A stretch of 63,887 bases of DNA, filler included, from Perkinsus chesapeaki ATCC PRA-425 (lineage: Eukaryota; Protista; Perkinsozoa): assembly GCA_013115145.1 (NCBI GenBank). It is 9 parts of 9 records of this genome, joined end to end, with 100 filler letters (N's around TTAATTAATTAA, not from the genome) between each part and the next. Parts side by side here need not be neighbours in the genome. Positions count along the whole stretch, not along the records: positions 58,258 to 60,949 come from JAAPAO010001542.1; positions 61,050 to 62,758 come from JAAPAO010001818.1; positions 62,859 to 63,887 come from JAAPAO010002266.1; 6 more parts are not named here. One strand, written 5' to 3'. Below are positions 58,258 through 63,887 of this stretch, one piece after another (within the stretch, counting starts at the first letter, position 1; every line of letters begins with the position of its first letter). Below the pieces are notes generated by a model. It made no database searches. It was not told where the DNA came from and was given only the letters and a program-made list of their open reading frames with translations. The position numbers and the translations under genes were made by a program.

Positions 58258-59840
58258 CCTGAGGCATTGGACTTGGCGTCCGGGCTTCAGGTTTGGCCTT
58301 CTCCCATACTCCCGCGCCTTTGGGATTTCAGTCACAAAACCGTGGGTGAGAGAATGGGCGAGCGCGTATATTTGCGGCGCGTGGTCACTTGGTGAAAGGG
58401 ATCTCTTGGTATTTGAAATCTCTTTCCAATGACGAGTCGACCGGGTCCGAAGCCGCAAGCGTGGTCACCACAGAAGAAGTACTGGAGAAAACAACTAGAA
58501 CGCATGGCTTGCCGGTGCAACATTGATTTGGATACAACGGAACTTCTCGTATTACGACATTTCCCGCCTGGGGAGTACATCACGGTCTGCAAACGCTGGA
58601 TATTGCTGATGAGGGTTGGTAAGTTTGTAAGTGGCGATGCTAATGGATTATGCATGAGGCAGAGTGCGGTAAAGACAGTGTCAAAAATCGTTCAGCGACT
58701 GGGAGCCGAAGTCCAAAATTGGTGGGCTAGGAATCAGAAGATATGTATACCAGCAATATGCAACTCCCGAACTTCACCCGATACTGAAGCTTCGGATTCT
58801 ATGGAACCGGTAGGAACAGAATATCAATGGCGGGTTTTCTCTAGTGTTCTTGCATCATATTTACTAAATCGTTTGGGTTAATCTTTAGTGGAGATGTTCA
58901 GATAAACATGGTGGCCACGTTGTGGACGGTCCACGGTGCACCATAACTTGTGGTTGTATTCAGGTAGAGTCCAACTCTCGTTCTTCTGAAGAACAGGCTG
59001 TGGAAGCGTCTCCGCCCGAGCCGTTTGCATGTCCTGTGACATCGTCAGACGGATCAAGTTGTCTTAGTGTGCACGAGGGCTGGCATTGTACGCCACCAGT
59101 GATCCCTGGGAAACTGGATGCCATAGGTAACTATAGATTGGAGTTACGGGATCATACGCATGGTATACTACTGGCTCAGTATTACTAGGAATGAACTCAT
59201 TGTAGTTCGTCACAGTCATCATCGCTCTCAGAGGGAATTGCAAAATCCCTACACTTCAGCCAATATAACGCCCTCCTTCCCAGGTTCCGATACTCTGAAT
59301 AGCCTCGTTCCCGACAGGATGTATGAAACCTCTGAATCCGCTGGTACAATGATCCCCCGAAAAAGCGACTCTACAATGCCTTCCTTGCCAGAGCAGTACA
59401 TCAACAGGGTACTAGATTGGGTTTACGGTAACATAGTTTATAGTACTATAATGGGCCAACTACCCTGTCTCAGTATATGAGGCCCCCATAAACCCGCATG
59501 CGCTCGTCTTGAATAGTACGTGTCTCTAAGATTAGTGGTCTTAGATCACGTAACCGCTTCGACTTTCCTAAACAGGTATTGTTCCAGGTAATATTGGAGG
59601 CTGCCTCTAATCTTGAGAGCTTGGTGGGCCACGCGGTTATTCCGAGATCGGAGGTAGGATCTTCTATCATATGCGATTCCCCTCCTGGACATTATGTTAA
59701 CGGAGCCATGCAACCTCGAAGGCAGCGGTATCCCCACTGTGGATCTCCTCGATCAGACTCCCAACGGGAACTAGGTGAGCCAGAAAATGTTCAGCTTGGA
59801 TCAACCGAAACGGATAACTCAAACTTCGTGGTATGCTAGA
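58258..59840 (+). CDS. Hypothetical intron-rich gene fragment
   Basis: Several AG/GT bounded open segments, e.g. VESNSRSSEEQAVEASPPEPFACP...KLDAI. No domain recognised. Confidence 0.25.
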
Positions 59841-60949
59841 TTCAGGTATGAGTAGCGTATAGTAGTTTTCCAACGAAGTAACGCTGTTTTCGAAATGCAA
59901 AGTCGCATCAGGTTTTGTCTAGTTGTTTCAGCTTAGCAATTGGCTGACTCGCGGAACTCTTGTGATTCTTGTAGGACTCTTTAGCACATTTGTTATCCTG
60001 GTTTAGGCTGCGAAAGACGTTCGGGACAATATAGTAACACCGAGATGGTATCACTACCTTTATCACCTAATCTACGTTGTCTCTCTGAGGCAAGATCACC
60101 ACGAAGTAAATGCATATCATGGCTTGACGAGCTCCCCCGGAAGTAGTTACTCATTTAATCTCATCCACGGCCATAAGTTATACTTACGGACCCATAGTCT
60201 TGCATGCGGTAATAATAGTTTCATAGTGCTTAAGCCTTGCATATTAATTACTGATACGCTATTGCTGGGTTATCGAGTTACAGTTGAATATAACACTGAT
60301 AAAGTTAACATTACGTGTAACGTTTGCGCATTAACGAGTCATCGGGGCATATCGTACACGCAGATTAATAGGAGCTTGCGAGTACGGGAGCTCGCTAGCT
60401 TGTGAATTCTATAGAGTATCGTTACATGATGCAAAACGAGGCGGCCCTCGAGTCGGGGCCAATGACAATATAATAGTTACCATAGAATTACTTGAAACTG
60501 TCTGAGATTAGTTCTTTCACATTGGAATGCATATAAATAGTTCATAAATGTGTTATGGCCTGTCTTCACGTACCTTAGATGTTGACACGGAAGAAAACGA
60601 TAAGACAACATCTCAGATGATTATCAAAGTATAGCACAAGCAGAAGAACATTGGAGATAAAACGAGATCGGATGAAACGGTTTGCCTGGTGTGATTGTAT
60701 AGGAGCTTTCACAAGTTGCGCGTGTTATATGAGCATGCGTGCTGATGATGGTGACTCAGTCTTACCGTCTCTCTTAATCTTCTTCAACCCGGTTCACTCG
60801 AATGCGGATATTACCAAACTAAAGTGATGCACTCGGGTGGTCGGAATTCTTTTGAGGATACAATCTCTTCCATTTCCATTGAGAACACCCAGGATCAAGG
60901 ATGCACTGTGTGCCTCGGTACCCTCGCAGGGATTGTGTTGCGAAGTTTG

Positions 60950-61049
60950 NNNNNNNNNNNNNNNNNNNNNNNNNNNNNNNNNNNNNNNNNNNNTTAATTA
61001 ATTAANNNNNNNNNNNNNNNNNNNNNNNNNNNNNNNNNNNNNNNNNNNN
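60950..61049. other. Artificial contig spacer
   Basis: N-TTAATTAATTAA-N linker. Confidence 0.97.
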
Positions 61050-61483
61050 CGAGTATTCAGTGTACGGGTGGTGAACGAAGTGAAAGTGTACGAGTTTTCG
61101 GTGTACGAGACATGATACACCCCTCTGATAAGCGTCTGTCGAATGGTGATTATGAACAACAGTAGCTTTGTACGGCGATGGTTTTTTTTTGTAGTGTCCT
61201 CCTATTTCTCTGCTGAAACGCGTTGTTAATTAAGGGAACTAGTCGGGGGGGCCTTGTAACAGGCCAGCGCCAGCTAAGTTGCCAGTGGCAACGTCCCAGC
61301 AACACCGGTTTTATCGGGATGAAAGCGTCATAATTTGCGGCGCGATCCAAACCTGCCATATCCCGGATGTGATATAATATCACTGATACTCGCATACCGC
61401 CCACCTCAGGTCGAACCACACAAGAGTCGCCGCCATCGTCACGAACCCCTTCCCTAAAGGCTGGGAAACGAACAAAGAGGTCC

Positions 61484-62473
61484 GTGGCAACGAGCAGCGT
61501 CAAAGAAGCCGACCCTGAGCTGCTGAACTCATGTGTATCAACATTCATGCGGAACGGTCACGCGGCCTCAACACAATCACAGTACGACTCTGTGGAGCAG
61601 TTCTACATGGAGGTAGTGTCAAACACCCTTACACCGTTCCCGGTCTCGGGCCGCAGCATCGCGCTGTTTGCCTGGAGTTTGTGTAAGGCCGAATACAAGT
61701 ACAGCACGATATCATCTTATATCAGTGCGACTGTATCCAAGAACAGTAGCTACGGCTACAGCCTGACCAAAGCTGACGAGTTCCAAATCAAAATGACTCG
61801 GAGGGCAGTCGAGAAACTGAGCAGCACAGAGCTGAAACAGGTGCTACCGCTCTCTAGAGAGCAGGTCAAACAGATAGGGCTGACAGACAACGCCGCTGGA
61901 AGTGTAGTCGCCGACGCAATTCTCACGGGGGTCTATGGCCTCCTAAGAGGCGACGAAGTAATCGCCTTAGACGTGAAGGACCTCAGTTTCGAGGCGATCC
62001 TAGGCGTCAACGTCGCCGTGCTGAGCGTGAAGATGAGCAAGACAGACCAGGCTGCTCGAGGTGAAAAAGTGATAATCTCCTGCGTGAAGGATTCCCCGGC
62101 TAGCTCTGCATGCGTTTACCACTGCGCCTACCACAGGTTCTTACGCAGATGCGGAGCGAGCCCCACGAGCGAGTCTCCACTCTTCCTCCTAGACGGGGAC
62201 AGGCTCACGTACGCGCAGTTGCTCCGTGATTTCAGGAGCACGCTAACCCGAATCGGGATCACCAAGGACAAGGCAGAAGAGTTCGGCCTTCACTCGCTCA
62301 GACGAACTGGCTGCCAGTTATGCTTCGACGCCGACGTGAGAACTCACACCATCAAGGAACAGGGGAGATGGAAGAGTGATGCGGTTAAGCATTACCTTGT
62401 TGGAGCATCACTCCCCAAGCGTATCAAGCTGGCAGGCCAAATGATGAGGGACGAGTACCCATTGAGTCACTGA
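61484..62473 (+). CDS. Tyrosine recombinase of DIRS/Ngaro-type mobile element, intronless
   Basis: Core-binding region (STQSQY...YSTISSYISA) and all catalytic residues: R in GLLRGDE, K in SKTDQ, HSLRR, GRW and Y in VKHYL. Frame is open from 61373; first ATG at 61547. Confidence 0.92.
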   Translation: MATSSVKEADPELLNSCVSTFMRNGHAASTQSQYDSVEQFYMEVVSNTLTPFPVSGRSIALFAWSLCKAEYKYSTISSYISATVSKNSSYGYSLTKADEFQIKMTRRAVEKLSSTELKQVLPLSREQVKQIGLTDNAAGSVVADAILTGVYGLLRGDEVIALDVKDLSFEAILGVNVAVLSVKMSKTDQAARGEKVIISCVKDSPASSACVYHCAYHRFLRRCGASPTSESPLFLLDGDRLTYAQLLRDFRSTLTRIGITKDKAEEFGLHSLRRTGCQLCFDADVRTHTIKEQGRWKSDAVKHYLVGASLPKRIKLAGQMMRDEYPLSH

Positions 62474-62758
62474 GTCAGTGACGTTACCTTCCCCAGTGGC
62501 GGCAGAAGTATTTCGATATCCTGTTTCTAAGCCTCATCATGCGTTGCGTAGTAGTTGGGACGCCCGCCCAGGCGGTGCACCTCTAGCCCAGGCTCTTGGT
62601 GCACGGGTCAGGCAGCTGCCTAGCCTTCCGCTAGAACAGCAACCCGACCTACTACCCAACGCCTGTTCGGAAGGAAGGAGAATTATCGAGGTCAATTTAT
62701 TGGGCAGATTAATTCGCGCCCTGAGGCACAGGCGTGCGTGCAGAATATAACACAATCG

Positions 62759-62858
62759 NNNNNNNNNNNNNNNNNNNNNNNNNNNNNNNNNNNNNNNNNN
62801 NNTTAATTAATTAANNNNNNNNNNNNNNNNNNNNNNNNNNNNNNNNNNNNNNNNNNNN
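62759..62858. other. Artificial contig spacer
   Basis: N-TTAATTAATTAA-N linker. Confidence 0.97.
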
Positions 62859-63231
62859 AGCGGGGTAATGTGTGAATTGCATTCACTGAATGACTAAAAC
62901 GTAAGTCGCTCTAGTCGCACACTCCTGCTCGGCAGTTGCAGGTGCTAGATGCAGTGAAATTCAATGTTGTCACAACATTGTTGTGTGAAGTATGCTCATT
63001 GAGTTGAATAGCCTCAGACTCTACTGTCGAGAGGATAAAACGTAAGTCAAATCGCTCGCATACTCTCCAGTCGTCGGAAGTTCTTTGGCAGATGCTAGAT
63101 GCTGTGAAGTTGTAATTGACATGCCAAGCCAACCGATGAGCAGTTCTCATAAGCCGAGTGACACGACTCATTTTCGTTATACTTGTTGTGTTAATGGTAG
63201 ATGATGAAACGGCAAGGGCATTTTGGGGTGA

Positions 63232-63586
63232 TACAAGTTAACCAGAAACCCGAAGGAAAACAAGTTAACCAGAAACCCGAAGGAGTGCAAGGAGTGCAAT
63301 TACCGTTACAATTCCAATCCCGGATGATAACCGTAGAAAAGGCGCTAAGAAAAAAAACCCACACTGCCCGATAATAACCCTGACTGCCCGATAATAACCC
63401 AGAAACAGGTAAACCCCGAACACCCGAACTGTTATACAGGTAAACCAGAAACCCGAAGAGTTATACAAGTAAACCCAAAACCCGAACTGTTATACAGGTA
63501 AACCAGAAACCCGAACAGTTATACAAGTAAACTCAAAACCCGAAACTGTTAGACAGGTAAACCCAAAACCCGAACTGTTAGACAGG
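63232..63586. repeat. Composite satellite: ~29-bp unit (about 6 copies) plus short local duplications
   Basis: Unit tacaggtaaaccagaaacccgaactgtta at 63405-63586; upstream duplications acaagttaaccagaaacccgaagga x2 and ctgcccgataataaccc x2. Confidence 0.85.
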
Positions 63587-63887
63587 AAAAAGCCAAAAAA
63601 CCTCAATTCTACAAGACAAGGATACTATATTAGTTGACGGCATAAGTTATGCCGCATAACTCCATACCGGGTATGGCATACCCCCAGATTCAAACGAAGC
63701 GCTTAGGACGCGCAGCAACGGTAGGTGTGTGGGAAATGCAAGGGAATCGATTAGTCGGGCGCGCGCGCAAAATAGTGACAGGGTCTGGTTATTGGTCAGC
63801 GTAGCAGGAATCTGCCGCGTCATCTTCGCGCGAGCCACAAATTTTTCTACTTCTGGCCACATTTTTTCTTCCCTGGCCACTTTCTTT

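Noticed and set aside
61150-61548. Minus-strand 132-aa ORF as the missing RT, RNase H or methyltransferase of the YR element
   Set aside because: No YxDD, RNase H or methyltransferase motifs; bounded by a stop just upstream; partly antisense to the YR frame.
63647-63880. KMWPEVEKFVA as an integrase zinc-finger fragment
   Set aside because: It arises from a ~20-bp tandem repeat (aaaatgtggccagaagtaga-like) and lacks the His/Cys ligands.

Overview
Eukaryotic, intron-rich protist DNA, most consistent with a Perkinsus-like alveolate. That assignment is an inference from short GT-AG introns, dense gene packing and gene families; it is not a database result. The window is an artificial concatenation of 9 contigs joined by 100-nt spacers (N44-TTAATTAATTAA-N44), so synteny across the 8 spacers is unsupported and most ORF-track entries are single exons or antisense shadows. 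Genes rebuilt by hand-splicing: an S10 carboxypeptidase C-terminus, two ADF/cofilin paralogs (one canonical, one strongly divergent), GH63 glucosidase I, a UreH/NiCoT-like metal transporter, secreted and mucin-like proteins, an RRM-RRM-WW-RRM CELF/FCA-like RNA-binding protein, a beta-repeat protein with an (SP)n tail, four co-oriented probable flagellar genes (EF-hand/WD40, TTLL9-like, ENKD1-like, LRRC72-like), a 5'(3')-deoxyribonucleotidase and a ppGalNAc-transferase. Mobile DNA: a LINE (gag-knuckle ORF1 plus APE ORF2, truncated by gaps), a catalytically intact DIRS/Ngaro-type tyrosine recombinase with no RT/RNase H in front of it, four tRNA-derived remnants, a possible HINE/Pearl-like element and a possible mariner-type MITE. 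Unexplained structure: a perfect 64-bp palindrome, two loci of chained 1-nt-loop palindromes, several hairpin-bearing minisatellites, a telomere-like satellite and a recurrent GGAAAATTTCC-rich intron class. Exon boundaries were read by eye, so outer coordinates of multi-exon genes are approximate.
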